A stretch of 64,000 nt of DNA from Spirochaetota bacterium (GTDB lineage Bacteria > Spirochaetota > UBA12135 > COTS27 > CBDBHE01). The notes beneath the pieces are model-generated. The model was not told where the DNA came from. It was given only the letters and a program-made list of their open reading frames with translations, and did not search any database. Positions 29,408 through 40,332 of this stretch are shown here, piece by piece. The DNA is taken from assembly GCA_965205605.1 (NCBI GenBank), contig CBDBHE010000007.1:192001-256000 (forward strand), in the 5' to 3' direction. A program made the translations under genes and the position numbers. Every line of letters begins with the position of its first letter. Position 1 is the first letter of the stretch.

Positions 29408-31735
29408 TCATAATAAATTAAAATCCTTTGATTGGTTCCCAACTCTGATAGTAAAATCTCCTTCTTCAAGAATTAAATTTCCTTTTTCGTCTGGAAAGGA
29501 TAAATCTTTTATAGGATTAATAGTGAATTCGATTGTTTTATTTTCATTGGGTTTTAAAAATATTTTTTGAAAATAAAAAAGCTTTTTAAAAGGTCGATTA
29601 TAAATAGTACTAACCTTATCAGAGATAAAAAACAACACATTTTCTTTTCCTTCTTGTTTGCCAATGTTTTTAATATTTACAGTTCCTTTGATAACTTCAT
29701 TTTTTTTTATGTCATTTTTTTCAAGAGTTAAACTAGAATAATTAAAGTCAGTGTAACTTAATCCATGCCCAAAAGAATAAGCAATTGCCTTATGATAAAA
29801 ACGTTTTTTTATATTTTTATGGACTAGAATAAAGTCTTCTTTTTTTTGTTTTTTCTTAACATTATAAGGAAGATAACTCCTTGCATGACTTGGATAGCTA
29901 AAAGAAAGTTTTCCACTGGGGTTAATACGACCTCTAATGATATCCGCTATAGCATCTGCTCCATATTCTCCTGGTAAACCAGCAAACAAAACTGAACGAG
30001 GCTCTAGTCCATCTCTTATAATATAACCATAAGTGTTAGGTCTCCCTTCAATAAGAAGTAGAATACAATTTTTATTAGCTCTAGAAGCAAGTCTAATAGT
30101 GGTTTGTTGCTCTTTAGTTAACTCAAGATCATAAGTATTACCCTCACCTTCAGCATATGGTTCATCTCCAGAGGCAAGGATCACATAATTTGCCTGTTTA
30201 ACTGCCTTTAAAAAATTTTGCTGTTCTAATTTTGTACTAACTTTAGGCTTGTCTAACAATCGAACTTTCGACTGCTTAAACCTATCTTTTATTGCTGTAT
30301 AAACGGTGTGCATGTCACTAGAAAAAAATCCTTCAGGTCCTCCCTGCCATTTTAGTGCCCAACCACCACATAAGTTTCTTTTGGAATTAGCACTAATCCC
30401 AGTGACTAAAATAGTTTGACCACGTTTGTCATTAATCGGTAACAAACTACCATTGTTTTTAAGTAAAACAATGGACTGATGAGCTGCTTCTAATGCTTTT
30501 AGTTCATTTTCTTTAGTACCAATTCTGTAATGAAATTTTTTATTGGGATACGGATTTTCAAAAAGTCCTAATTTAAATTTTAACCTAAGAATACGCTCTA
30601 CAGAGGCGTTGATACGTTTTTCTGAAATAACACCTTCTTTAACAAGAGTGAATAAGTCTCTCCCAAAAGAATCGCTATAAGGGACCATACTCATATCGAT
30701 CCCTGCTTTAATAGCAAGTGTTACTGCTTCGAGATTATTTTTGGCGAAACCATGTTTATTATGTAGCTGAATAATGTCTTTCCAATCAGTGAGAACAACC
30801 CCTTTAAATTTCATTTGTTTTCGTAGCAAGTCAGTTAAAATTGCCTTTGAAGCATGAACAGGAACTCCATTAATACTACCACTATTGATCATGACCGTTT
30901 CTAATCCCGCGTCAAAAACTGCCTGAAAAGCAGGTCTATGAAATTCCTGTAAATATTGTGGGCCTATGTAAGCTTCCTCTCTATCAAAACCTGTCCTTGG
31001 TACAGAATACCCGAGAAAGTGTTTGGCAGTTGCCGTCAAACGAGTAGTCACTAGTTTATTACCAGCTTCTATTCCTTTCACATAACCTACTCCCATTTTA
31101 CTAGTTAGGTAAGGATCCTCTCCAAATGTTTCATAGGCACGTGACCAATAAGGCTCTTGCATCAAGTCAAGAAGTGGGGCAAAATTCCAATGTGTCCCTA
31201 AGTGAGATGTTTCTAACACGGTCACTTTAGCCATTTCAAATGCTAATTCAGGATTAAAGCTATTTGCTAATGCATTTGCTTGGGGAAACATCGTCCCCCC
31301 TCTCACATAAGAAGTCCCATGGATGTTATCGATCCCAACGATAAGTGGTATCGATAAGCGAGATTTTTCCATCGCTATTTTTTGTAATTCATACAAAAAA
31401 GTTACAAGTTTATCGGGGGTAGATGAACCAGCTACCAAAAATGAGCCAACCTTTTCTACAAGAATCCTTTGTTCTGCTTTTTTGAAGTCCACTTTGTATT
31501 CGCCTTTTTTCGAACCAGCTTTTTTCAAATGAATGGTTCGATGGCTTAATTGAGTCATTTGCCCTATTTTTTCCTTTACAGTCATTTGTTTTAATAGATT
31601 GTTTACCCGTTTTTCAATCGAAATTTTGGGATCTTTATAAAGAAATTTGTTTGATTTTTTATTAAGCGGAATCGATGCACTATGTAATAAACCAATAAAC
31701 AAAAAGCCACTAGTAATGATATTTTTTGTACTCAT
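29408..31735 (-). CDS. GH3 beta-glucosidase (BglX-like)
   Basis: EKIGQMTQ; DNIHG; ETFGEDPYL; AKHFLGY; nucleophile in VLTDW; PSGKLSFSYP; C-terminal Fn3-like domain. Confidence 0.93.
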   Translation of the reverse strand: MSTKNIITSGFLFIGLLHSASIPLNKKSNKFLYKDPKISIEKRVNNLLKQMTVKEKIGQMTQLSHRTIHLKKAGSKKGEYKVDFKKAEQRILVEKVGSFLVAGSSTPDKLVTFLYELQKIAMEKSRLSIPLIVGIDNIHGTSYVRGGTMFPQANALANSFNPELAFEMAKVTVLETSHLGTHWNFAPLLDLMQEPYWSRAYETFGEDPYLTSKMGVGYVKGIEAGNKLVTTRLTATAKHFLGYSVPRTGFDREEAYIGPQYLQEFHRPAFQAVFDAGLETVMINSGSINGVPVHASKAILTDLLRKQMKFKGVVLTDWKDIIQLHNKHGFAKNNLEAVTLAIKAGIDMSMVPYSDSFGRDLFTLVKEGVISEKRINASVERILRLKFKLGLFENPYPNKKFHYRIGTKENELKALEAAHQSIVLLKNNGSLLPINDKRGQTILVTGISANSKRNLCGGWALKWQGGPEGFFSSDMHTVYTAIKDRFKQSKVRLLDKPKVSTKLEQQNFLKAVKQANYVILASGDEPYAEGEGNTYDLELTKEQQTTIRLASRANKNCILLLIEGRPNTYGYIIRDGLEPRSVLFAGLPGEYGADAIADIIRGRINPSGKLSFSYPSHARSYLPYNVKKKQKKEDFILVHKNIKKRFYHKAIAYSFGHGLSYTDFNYSSLTLEKNDIKKNEVIKGTVNIKNIGKQEGKENVLFFISDKVSTIYNRPFKKLFYFQKIFLKPNENKTIEFTINPIKDLSFPDEKGNLILEEGDFTIRVGNQSKDFNLL

Positions 31736-31789
31736 TGCAATATTTTAACATCTATTTTTTATACAAAACTCTTTTTTAAAAAAAATTTT

Positions 31790-32032
31790 CTACATCTTCT
31801 CTATTTTTTTAATAAGATCGGAAAAATTAATTTTAAGTTCTTTAAAAATAGTTAATAAAGTAAAGATGCCGTGATTTTTTTTAAACCCCTTTGATCCTTC
31901 CAACATAGAGATTTTAGAATGACTGACGTTAGTTCTTCTGGCTAACTCTCTTTGAGAGATATTTATTTTAGATCGATGCTTGCCTATTTCTTCGGCAATT
32001 AAAACATTGGCTTCCTCAATATCTATTTTCAC
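31790..32032 (-). CDS. XRE-family HTH regulator
   Basis: ISQRELARRTNVSHSKISMLEG. Confidence 0.75.
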   Translation of the reverse strand: MKIDIEEANVLIAEEIGKHRSKINISQRELARRTNVSHSKISMLEGSKGFKKNHGIFTLLTIFKELKINFSDLIKKIEKM

Positions 32033-32091
32033 TTCTTATTTTACCAACACTAAATTGAGTAGAGTGATAAGAGGGTTGCCGACATATTTTT

Positions 32092-32901
32092 ATGAAGACA
32101 AAAAATCTATTTTTTTTATTTTTTTCTTTAAGCCTTTTTTGTGAAAAGGTAGCAGCAGATATTGATCGTGAAGAGATATCTTATTCTTTTAATTGGCAGA
32201 GAAATGAAGTTAAACTAGGAAAAGTAATCAAAGTAAACATTCCATTGGCACCGATATTAATAGGGGGATTTATTGAGCTTAGAAATGTCAAAGATAATGC
32301 TTTTAATAAAAGTATTTACCCATTTCACAATTGGAGAGGTTTTTTTGATTTTTCGTTTTTAATTTATGAAAAAGAAGACTTTAATTTTAGTATTGGCTAT
32401 GAGCACGAAAGTTCTCATTCAACAGGTGGTATTATTTACAAGCATCTTTATGATGGAAAATACCGAACTACTAATTTGAATGGTTTTTATTGTCGCTTAG
32501 GGTTTAATTTTTTAAATCTCAAGCTCATTAGTTCGGTCATTTATTACATGCAAGGATCAAATCGTCCTGAAATTCAAAATTTATATGTCAAAGATGATGG
32601 CCTCGAAGCAGATATTGGTTTTGATTGGAAAAAAAACAATTGGTTGTTAAGTACTTTTTACCGACAAATCTTTAATTCAAAACCTTATTATATTGCCGAA
32701 ATCATCGAACGTGAAACCCTTATAACAAGAACCATAGACGATCTATCAGCATTTAATGCCACTTTCACTTTGTCAATAAGAGCTGGCTATGAGATAAAAA
32801 ATTATGGTTTTTATTTAAAATATATCATTGGAAACCCAAAAGGTTTTTATGATTCTAGAGAAATTGATAATAAATTGTTTTTTGAGATCATCTTTTTTTA
32901 A
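32092..32901 (+). CDS. Hypothetical outer-membrane protein
   Basis: Signal peptide, EHESSH motif, aromatic strands and a terminal Phe. Confidence 0.5.
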   Translation: MKTKNLFFLFFSLSLFCEKVAADIDREEISYSFNWQRNEVKLGKVIKVNIPLAPILIGGFIELRNVKDNAFNKSIYPFHNWRGFFDFSFLIYEKEDFNFSIGYEHESSHSTGGIIYKHLYDGKYRTTNLNGFYCRLGFNFLNLKLISSVIYYMQGSNRPEIQNLYVKDDGLEADIGFDWKKNNWLLSTFYRQIFNSKPYYIAEIIERETLITRTIDDLSAFNATFTLSIRAGYEIKNYGFYLKYIIGNPKGFYDSREIDNKLFFEIIFF

Positions 32902-32905
32902 AATA

Positions 32906-33160
32906 TTAATTTACATTCCCCCATGACCGATGAAAACAGTATTTTCAACACACACCCCTTCGCCTATAAAAGAATGCAAAGAAAAAAAAATCCAAAAATA
33001 TTTGACAACGTTATCCACCATTATATTTTTTGAATCTCTACAAAACTATCAATCTTACTCTCATCCCCAATAGAGCATCCATAAAGATTAATAAAATGAT
33101 AACCTTTAACATTTTTTCCAAAATTAACATTATTAATTATGACTGTGGGATTTTCTTCAT
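32906..33160 (-). pseudogene. Hexapeptide-repeat sugar acyltransferase remnant
   Basis: Not in the ORF track. MKKIPTVIINNVNFGKNVKGYHFINLYGCSIGDESKIDSFVEIQKI* and, downstream, HSFIGEGVCVENTVFIGHG. Confidence 0.65.
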
Positions 33161-33276
33161 TTAACAAATCCATTTAAAATTCTTTGATATAAATTCAAAC
33201 ATTTCAAAGTAATATATAAGACAACCAACTCAATTAGCAAATTAAAGCTTAAAAATTATTTCAAATCATTATTTAA

Positions 33277-34374
33277 TTGAAAATGTCAGTGGTGGGAATC
33301 GATGGATATGGGTTTTTTCAAGTCTCTGGCACCGGCGTGCTTCTTAGGCATTTGACCCAATATTTCAGTCAAAACTCGACTCAACACAAGTACATGCTTT
33401 TAGTTCCTAAAAGAAATCAAAAAACCATCCCTGATTACCAAGATTACCTTAGTAATTCGTGCCAATTAAAGCTCATCGGCAGTCATCAAGAAACATACAA
33501 AGATTGGCTAAAGCTTTTATGTCAAAGAATTAAACCTTTAAAAATTGATCTTCTTTTTTTCCCTTCAAAATCAATCCCAAAAAATGTGACCCTTCCTTTT
33601 GTTTGTATCATCCATGACCTGATGCACCTTCATCTTAAAGAATTTTACTTTCGATTTACCTTAAAAAAAACCATTAATCAATCCCTAAAAATAGCTCAAA
33701 AAGCCCATTATATCGTAACCGTTTCTAACTTTTCAAAACAAGATATCATCCATAAAACAAACCTCCCCCCTGAAAAAATAAAAGTCATTTACAATGGGAT
33801 TTCTTCTTTTAAAACAAAAAAAACTAATAAGTTCACCAACATAAAAAAAAAATACATTCTGTATGTGGGGGACTTGCGTCAAAGAAAAAATGTCTTAACT
33901 CTGGCTAAAGCTTATTTAAATCTTCCAGACTATTTAAAAAATGAATACCATTTTGTGATGACAGGAGTTGGGAAAAAAGCTCATAAAATTAAAAATTGGT
34001 TTGTAAAAAAAGACTTAGAAAATCACCTTCATTTAGTCGGTGTTTTAGAAGATCATGCCCTTAGAGAGCTTTACAAAAAAGCTAGCTTATTTGTTTTCCC
34101 TTCACTTTTTGAAGGCTTTGGATTACCGATTGTTGAAGCTCAAAGTTTTGGAATCCCTGTGATTTGTGGCAAACACTCTTCACTTCAAGAAATAGGGGCA
34201 GAAAGTGTTTTTTGGGCCGATATAAAATCAACAAAAGCCCTCTCAAAAGCGATGAAGTCTGTTTTAGATGATCGTAATTTACAAAAAAAATTAAAAAAAA
34301 TAGGACTAAAAAATAGCCACCGATTTAGCTGGAAACAATCCGCCAAAAAATATGAAGCCCTTTTTAAACTTTAA
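33277..34374 (+). CDS. GT4 glycosyltransferase
   Basis: IHDLM; RKNV; FVFPSLFEGFGLPIVEA; FSW. Confidence 0.92.
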   Translation: MKMSVVGIDGYGFFQVSGTGVLLRHLTQYFSQNSTQHKYMLLVPKRNQKTIPDYQDYLSNSCQLKLIGSHQETYKDWLKLLCQRIKPLKIDLLFFPSKSIPKNVTLPFVCIIHDLMHLHLKEFYFRFTLKKTINQSLKIAQKAHYIVTVSNFSKQDIIHKTNLPPEKIKVIYNGISSFKTKKTNKFTNIKKKYILYVGDLRQRKNVLTLAKAYLNLPDYLKNEYHFVMTGVGKKAHKIKNWFVKKDLENHLHLVGVLEDHALRELYKKASLFVFPSLFEGFGLPIVEAQSFGIPVICGKHSSLQEIGAESVFWADIKSTKALSKAMKSVLDDRNLQKKLKKIGLKNSHRFSWKQSAKKYEALFKL

Positions 34375-34544
34375 AACCATGTTAATGCTTAAAGTCTCTA
34401 AAAATAAAAAATTATCTTTAAAAACCGCTTCTTTTTTCCCTTTTCTTTAGCCATATTTCTTTTTATGTATCATCCTTATTTTTAAAAAATTGCTGCTATC
34501 ATAATGATTGATAAATATTAAAATATCAAACTTACAAAGATGCG

Positions 34545-35015
34545 TCATTCTAAATTAAAATTTTGATCTAAAAGAAAAATTTTACTAACAAAGCGATTGC
34601 CATCAATAAAAGAAAAATTGACTTGTGTCACTGTAAAATTACTCAATGTGTTGAAATCCGAGCCCATCAGACGATAGATAGATATTTCTTGATCTTTTTT
34701 AATATCATTTAAATCACCTCGAACAATATGTTCATTCCCTATCAAACTAAAAAAAAGAACTAAACCCTCAGTCGTAAAAGATAAATCTCGTAGATCTCTG
34801 TTTATTTTTACTTTAATTCTGTGAGTACAAGATTTAACAGCCTGAAAATTACTAACCATAAAATTACCGACTTCAGCCTCTCCGATTTCGATAAAATCAC
34901 TTAAATTAGGGTCGGATTCTGCTATTTCACTAGAATCAGGTTCCGTCATTTCCATACAAGATATTAAAATCAATAAGCTTATCATCAAAAAAAAAAATTT
35001 CATTCTATTCTCCAT
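34545..35015 (-). CDS. Hypothetical lipoprotein (paralog family member 3)
   Basis: Lipobox LLILISC; strong similarity to 26471..26929. Confidence 0.75.
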   Translation of the reverse strand: MENRMKFFFLMISLLILISCMEMTEPDSSEIAESDPNLSDFIEIGEAEVGNFMVSNFQAVKSCTHRIKVKINRDLRDLSFTTEGLVLFFSLIGNEHIVRGDLNDIKKDQEISIYRLMGSDFNTLSNFTVTQVNFSFIDGNRFVSKIFLLDQNFNLE

Positions 35016-35487
35016 TTAATTGAAATGATTGGTTTAACGATCCCCCAACATTTAAGGTTGTAGGAAGACATTAAAACCTTTTATGGTAATCCACTTCGTT
35101 TCTTATCAAAGTGTTATTTCACCATCAGCCAAACTCTTAAAATTTTGTGTTTTTTTTCCTACCATGATTCCTAATCATAGTAGAAATTAGATAAGTGTGT
35201 TGTCTAATTATAAAGACCTATTAAAATGTCAAACTTACAAAGAAAGGTCAAGTCATTCATAAACTAAAACTTTGGCTTTAAAGGAAACATTAAAAACTGA
35301 GGCATTCTTTACAAATTAAATAAAATCGCTTCAAAAAACACTCGCCTATTTAAAACAACTTTCATTTGCTCCCATTTGTTTCCTAGGGGAATCTTTTATA
35401 AAAAAATAACGGAATCTTTAAAATAATGCTCACTGAGAAAATGTTTGTAAAAAGAAATTTGATTTTTAAACGATCAATTCATATTTT

Positions 35488-36198
35488 TTATTTCTTGATT
35501 ATTTTCACATAAATATGGATGTAATAATCTAAAAAAAATGCTTTTCTTTTTCTAAAAAATACTTTCAAAAAAAGTTTATCTAAAAAAAAAGAGACTATCC
35601 ATATGAAAAAAACGATTAATTTCAATTTGAAAAAACGACTATAAATATTTGCCGCCACAACAAAAGGACCAAAACCAAGATTACAAATCTCAAAGTCACA
35701 CTTTTTTTCATTCAATAGTTTAATAAATGCTTCGTGACTAATTCTAAAATAATCGTTAGGAGCTCCATGAAATTGATGAGTAAAAGGAATGATGATGTGA
35801 ATATTCGTATCCTTTTTTGCAATACGTAAACACTCATCAATAAATTGGTTATAATTGAAAATATGCTCTAAAACATTGAAAGCAAGCACCGTATCATAAT
35901 GATCATCCTTCAAAAGAAATTTATCTTCGAGATTCATATTAACAACATTTTTGCCTTTTGAATAAAAATCACAAAATGTTTTTTTTGTTGCCGCATTCTT
36001 TATGAATGGATAATAACTTTTTTTTGAAGACCCACTACCAAGATCAATCGCATTACCAACCATTGTGATATTTTTTTTAATAAATAAATTTTGAATCACC
36101 CTCCCAACAGACCTACCTTTAAAACATTCCTTAAAGTAAACGAATAGATATTTTAAGATACTAGGATTGTAATAAGAGACTTTTGGTTTAATTTGCAT
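35488..36198 (-). CDS. Class I SAM-dependent methyltransferase
   Basis: IDLGSG; YDTVLAFNVLEHI; PF..HGAPNDYFR. Confidence 0.8.
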   Translation of the reverse strand: MQIKPKVSYYNPSILKYLFVYFKECFKGRSVGRVIQNLFIKKNITMVGNAIDLGSGSSKKSYYPFIKNAATKKTFCDFYSKGKNVVNMNLEDKFLLKDDHYDTVLAFNVLEHIFNYNQFIDECLRIAKKDTNIHIIIPFTHQFHGAPNDYFRISHEAFIKLLNEKKCDFEICNLGFGPFVVAANIYSRFFKLKLIVFFIWIVSFFLDKLFLKVFFRKRKAFFLDYYIHIYVKIIKK

Positions 36199-36347
36199 GA
36201 TTTCTTTTAATCATCAAGTCAATTTAAAAAAAATGAAACCCATTTTTAAAAATAAATTGACTCTTTAATAAAAGAATTAATGATGTTTATTTTCATGCTA
36301 AAATATTTTTCTTTTTTTGAAGGAAGACGAAAGGAGAAAAATCTATT

Positions 36348-37250
36348 TTGAAAAAAAAATTTATCATTACCATAAGCTTTTATTTTTTGATCATAGTGGC
36401 TTGTAGTAAAGACAGGGCTGAAAACAATAAAAAAATTATTTTAGTGAGCATTCCCCCACTAAAAAATTTTGTTGAAAAAATAGCTGAAAACCATTTTGAA
36501 GTCCAAGTGATGATCCCAAAAGGATATGACCCTGTGACATATGATCCTTCTCCTAAAAAATTGATAACGATAAAAAAAGCTAGCCTTTATTTTCAAATCG
36601 GCTTACCTGCTGAAAAAAGATGGACTTTTAAAATCAAACAAGAGTACCCAACTCTAAAAATCATCGACCTAAAAAAAAATATTGCCTTAAGAAAAATGAA
36701 TCAACGCTTCATCAAAAAAACAACTCAAACTCAAAACCTCTCCCACACACACAACCACAATTCCTACGATCCTCACATTTGGCTCAGTCCCACCATCGCA
36801 GGGCATTTAACAAAAACCATTTACAACCACCTTTGTGAAATACATCCAGAAAATCAACAAATCTATCATGCAAATCTAAACCGTTTTTTAGAAGCTTTAG
36901 AACAATCAAAAAAAGAAATTCGATCAAAATTAAAAGCTGCTCACCTCAAAGAAATCATTGTCTTTCATCCTTCTTGGGGATATTTTGCAGATGAGTTTAA
37001 CTTTAAACAAATTGCTATCCAAGCAGATGATAAAAACCCATCTGCAAAAAACTTAATTTTTGTTTTGGATTTGATTGCCAATAAAGGAATTAAAACTATT
37101 TTTACCCAAAAACAATTTGATCAAAGATTTGCAAAAACAATTGCTAAAGAAATCAAAGTGAAAATAATGATTTTAGACCCTTTAGCCGAAGATTACACTC
37201 AAAATCTCTTGAAAGCAACTCTTGCCTTTACAAAAAGTAAAAAAAATTAA
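36348..37250 (+). CDS. znuA: Zn ABC transporter substrate-binding lipoprotein
   Basis: Lipobox IVAC; His-rich loop; DPHIWLSP; FHPSWGYF; LDPL. The first usual His ligand (PHxYEP) reads PVTYDP. Confidence 0.85.
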   Translation: MKKKFIITISFYFLIIVACSKDRAENNKKIILVSIPPLKNFVEKIAENHFEVQVMIPKGYDPVTYDPSPKKLITIKKASLYFQIGLPAEKRWTFKIKQEYPTLKIIDLKKNIALRKMNQRFIKKTTQTQNLSHTHNHNSYDPHIWLSPTIAGHLTKTIYNHLCEIHPENQQIYHANLNRFLEALEQSKKEIRSKLKAAHLKEIIVFHPSWGYFADEFNFKQIAIQADDKNPSAKNLIFVLDLIANKGIKTIFTQKQFDQRFAKTIAKEIKVKIMILDPLAEDYTQNLLKATLAFTKSKKN

Positions 37251-37319
37251 CTGGCTTATTTTAAAGTAATTTTAAATTTACTTAAAATGATAAGACAATA
37301 AGTGAGTGGCCCTTAAAAA

Positions 37320-38076
37320 ATGACGTCAAAAAAAAAAACAATCCATTATTTTTTGCAAAAATCTCTCTTTTGCTTATATCAAGAAAAACGTTATTTTAAA
37401 AGATATCAACTTAAATATTTTAAAAAACGAATTGATTGCTATCATTGGGCCCAATGGAGGGGGCAAAACAACGTTTCTCAAACTTATTTGCGGCCTTTTG
37501 CAACCTCAAAAAGGAGAGCTTCTAATTTTTGGAGAAAAACCAAATCATCAAAATTATACCTCTAAAACCATGAGTTATGTGCCTCAAAATATTGCTAAAA
37601 AATCTCAAATCCCCCTTACTGTCCAAGAAATTGTCTTATCTGGCTTATTAAAAAAATCTTCCCTATTTCCAGGATACACCAAAAAAGAAAAAGAAAAAGC
37701 CAAAAATATTTTAGGAGAAATGAATCTTTTAAATGAAAGTAAAAAGCCTTTTAACGATCTTTCTTTAGGTTTGGCAGAATGTGTTTTAACTGCCAGGGCT
37801 CTCGTCAGTGAGCCTAATTTACTGCTTTTAGACGAGCCTACTTCTTATGTCGATATTAAAAGAAGCCAAAAAATTTTAGATTTATTAAAAAAAAAAAGTC
37901 AAAAAACAGCTATTTTAATGGTTTGCCATGATATGAGTTTTGTTTCTGCTTATGTGACAAAAGTACTTTGTATCAATGAGAGTGTTTCATTTCATAAAAC
38001 AGAGCGAATCACAGAAAAAATAAAAAAAGATTTGTACCAACCTAAAGTAAAAATAGTAAAGCATCGTTGTCAGTAA
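37320..38076 (+). pseudogene. znuC: Zn ABC ATPase, frameshifted in an A11 run after codon 3
   Basis: The frame of ORF 37432 extends upstream (KQSIIFCKNLSFAY...GPNGGGKT) to the A11 at 37328-38. ATG 37320 is in frame only with A10. The ABC signature is degenerate (LSLGLAE). Confidence 0.7.
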
Positions 38077-38098
38077 AAAAATTGTTTTAAAAAAAAAG

Positions 38099-38920
38099 AT
38101 GAGTTTTTTAGAAGTATTATTTCATTATTCGTGGTTTCAATATGCTTTTATAGCAGGGGTTTTATCGAGTGTCGCTAGTGGGATCACAGGACCACTTGTG
38201 ATTTCAAACCGGCTTTCATATTTAAGCGGAGGAATGGCTCATGGGGTCTTAGGAGGAATGGGGATCGCTCATTTTTTTAATCTCTCTCCTTTATTAGGCG
38301 GGGGAGTGTTTGCTTGCTTAATGGCATTTTTGATGAGCATCATGAAAACTCACTTTAAAGAAAATGAAGATGTTCTCATTAGTGCTTTTTGGACGATGGG
38401 GATGAGTATTGGGCTTATCTTTATTTTTCTAACCCCTGGCTATCAAGTCAATCTTTTTTCTTTTTTATTTGGAAATATTTTGATCATTTCAAAAAACACT
38501 TTAATGTTACTTGGGATTTTAGATATTGTTATCTTATCAGTTTTGATTATTTTTTATAGGCAAATTATGCTAGTTTCTTTTGATCAAGACTTTGCTTTAG
38601 TACGAGGGATTAGGAGTCATTTGATTTATTTACTCATCCTTTTAATGATCTCTCTTACCATTATAACACTTGTTTTTTCAGTAGGGCTTATTCTTGTGAT
38701 TGCCTTGATGACAATACCGGCTTCTATTTCAAAACTAGTCGTTAATAATTTTTTTAAAATGATGCTGTGTTCATTTACCATTACTTTAGTAACAACGATT
38801 TTAGGGTTTTTATTTTCGTATCAATACAATTTGCCCACCGGAGCAACGATTGTTTTAATTTTATCGTTTTTATATTTTTTGTCTTTTTTTATCTTAAGAA
38901 AAAAACTAAAAAGATTTTAA
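38099..38920 (+). CDS. znuB: Zn ABC permease
   Basis: AHGVLGG; FLFGNIL; SFDQDFA..RG; VGLILVIAL. Confidence 0.88.
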   Translation: MSFLEVLFHYSWFQYAFIAGVLSSVASGITGPLVISNRLSYLSGGMAHGVLGGMGIAHFFNLSPLLGGGVFACLMAFLMSIMKTHFKENEDVLISAFWTMGMSIGLIFIFLTPGYQVNLFSFLFGNILIISKNTLMLLGILDIVILSVLIIFYRQIMLVSFDQDFALVRGIRSHLIYLLILLMISLTIITLVFSVGLILVIALMTIPASISKLVVNNFFKMMLCSFTITLVTTILGFLFSYQYNLPTGATIVLILSFLYFLSFFILRKKLKRF

Positions 38921-39264
38921 ATTCTATCAAGATCGGCTTTTTTCTTGCTTGCCCTTCTTTTATGCTTCTTGTATAAAATAACGACCCATTTCGATAAGTT
39001 TCTTTTTAAAATGACTGGCTTTTACTTTGATCATAAACTCCTATTTTTGAAATCAAAACAAACACACTCAAATTAAATGAATCCTCAAAGTTTTTTTTAA
39101 CAATAACAAGCGTGTATTGCTTTTTGTTTTCAGTGTCCCTCCCAATACAATAGTGCCGCTAATAACATGGCCTACTAAATGGTGTCATGCCACGATGTCC
39201 AAACAAAAAATCGTTTTCTTTAATCATTCACAGAAAAATATAAAGATAAATCCTTATATTCGTT

Positions 39265-39636
39265 TTATTTTTTAGGAGACCTTTCAATAGAAACCACATC
39301 AAACCCATTGCCTTTAATTAGCTTATTAATTTTTTTATCAGAAAGCTTTTTGTTAGCTTTCAAGAAAATTTTAACAAAACTCTTTTTAAAATCGACATTA
39401 ATAGAATCTACCGCTTTTTGTTTTTTAAAAGTTTTATTAAGTCCTGTTGCACAAAAATCACAAACCAACCCCTTAACATAAGTCGTAATAACTTCTCCTT
39501 TTTGTTGTTTATCGGCTTCTTTTGCTTGCAAAACAACTGACACAAACGCCATCAAAGATAGCGAAAAAATTAAAATAATTAATTTATTTTTCATAAGTTT
39601 CTCCTTTATTTTAAAAAATTTTTTAAAAACGAACAA
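39265..39636 (-). CDS. Exported heavy-metal-associated (HMA) domain protein
   Basis: Signal peptide starting at MKNKL (likely true start); GLVCDFCA metal motif. Confidence 0.8.
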   Translation of the reverse strand: MFVFKKFFKIKEKLMKNKLIILIFSLSLMAFVSVVLQAKEADKQQKGEVITTYVKGLVCDFCATGLNKTFKKQKAVDSINVDFKKSFVKIFLKANKKLSDKKINKLIKGNGFDVVSIERSPKK

Positions 39637-40261
39637 TAAAATTAAAAACAGGGTCTCCCCGGTGGCTCACCCCTATTTCCCATAAATAATAACTAAAAAA
39701 CATCCTAATAATCGGTGTAAAAACAGGGTCATTTTTAAACGTATCATAACTAAACTCTACCATCAACCACGTGTGTAAAGACCCAAACTTAGCAACATAA
39801 GGCGCTATACCCAAACGAGCTTGTTGGTATAAAAAAAAAGAATCCACCGTTTCAATTGCTTCTCCTTCAATGTCATAACTCACAAAAAACCGCCTTGTTT
39901 CAAAGTCACCTGCAAAACTGACCGCTCCTTTTGGGGAATAAGCTGACTCAAAAATATCAGAAACAACCCCCACTTTTATTTTAGAATACATATTCATCTG
40001 AGAGTAAATCGTATTATACCTAAAAAGGAGTTGATTCCACTGAAACAAAAAGTGATAAAGGGCATCAAGTTCATTAGAAGCTTGAGGACTCCGTTCTACC
40101 ACTCCCCCTAAAGAAGTAAAAGCCGTCGGTGAATAATGAATATGTAAGCGATTTCTATCTTGATTATTCCACCCCATGAGCGTCCACCCATCAGGATAAG
40201 AAACAGCTCTAGACCATGCATGGACACAAATTAAAAATAAAAAAATGGCTAAAAATTTCAA
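39623..40261 (-). CDS. Hypothetical outer-membrane protein
   Basis: Signal peptide; AVSYPDGWT; RLGIAPYV; HTWLM; terminal RF; adjacent to the HMA gene. Confidence 0.65.
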   Translation of the reverse strand: MKFLAIFLFLICVHAWSRAVSYPDGWTLMGWNNQDRNRLHIHYSPTAFTSLGGVVERSPQASNELDALYHFLFQWNQLLFRYNTIYSQMNMYSKIKVGVVSDIFESAYSPKGAVSFAGDFETRRFFVSYDIEGEAIETVDSFFLYQQARLGIAPYVAKFGSLHTWLMVEFSYDTFKNDPVFTPIIRMFFSYYLWEIGVSHRGDPVFNFIVRF

Positions 40262-40332
40262 TAATCAATAATCAATACTCTTATAGAAAAACAACTTGTT
40301 TTATCTTGCTATTAAAAACACTTCCCTTATCA

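Noticed and set aside
35031-35170. Fluoride riboswitch or hammerhead-like words in the lipoprotein leader
   Set aside because: The required pairings and spacing of the conserved cores are not present.
35170-35192. Minus-strand TAATTTCTACTATGATTAGG, like a Cas12a repeat 5' half
   Set aside because: There is no GTAGAT partner; it is better explained as the TACTAT -10 box of the lipoprotein promoter.
36228-36248. AAAATG-N5-CATTTT as a Zur/Fur box upstream of znuA
   Set aside because: It is a short AT-rich palindrome upstream of the likely -35 and is not distinguishable from background.
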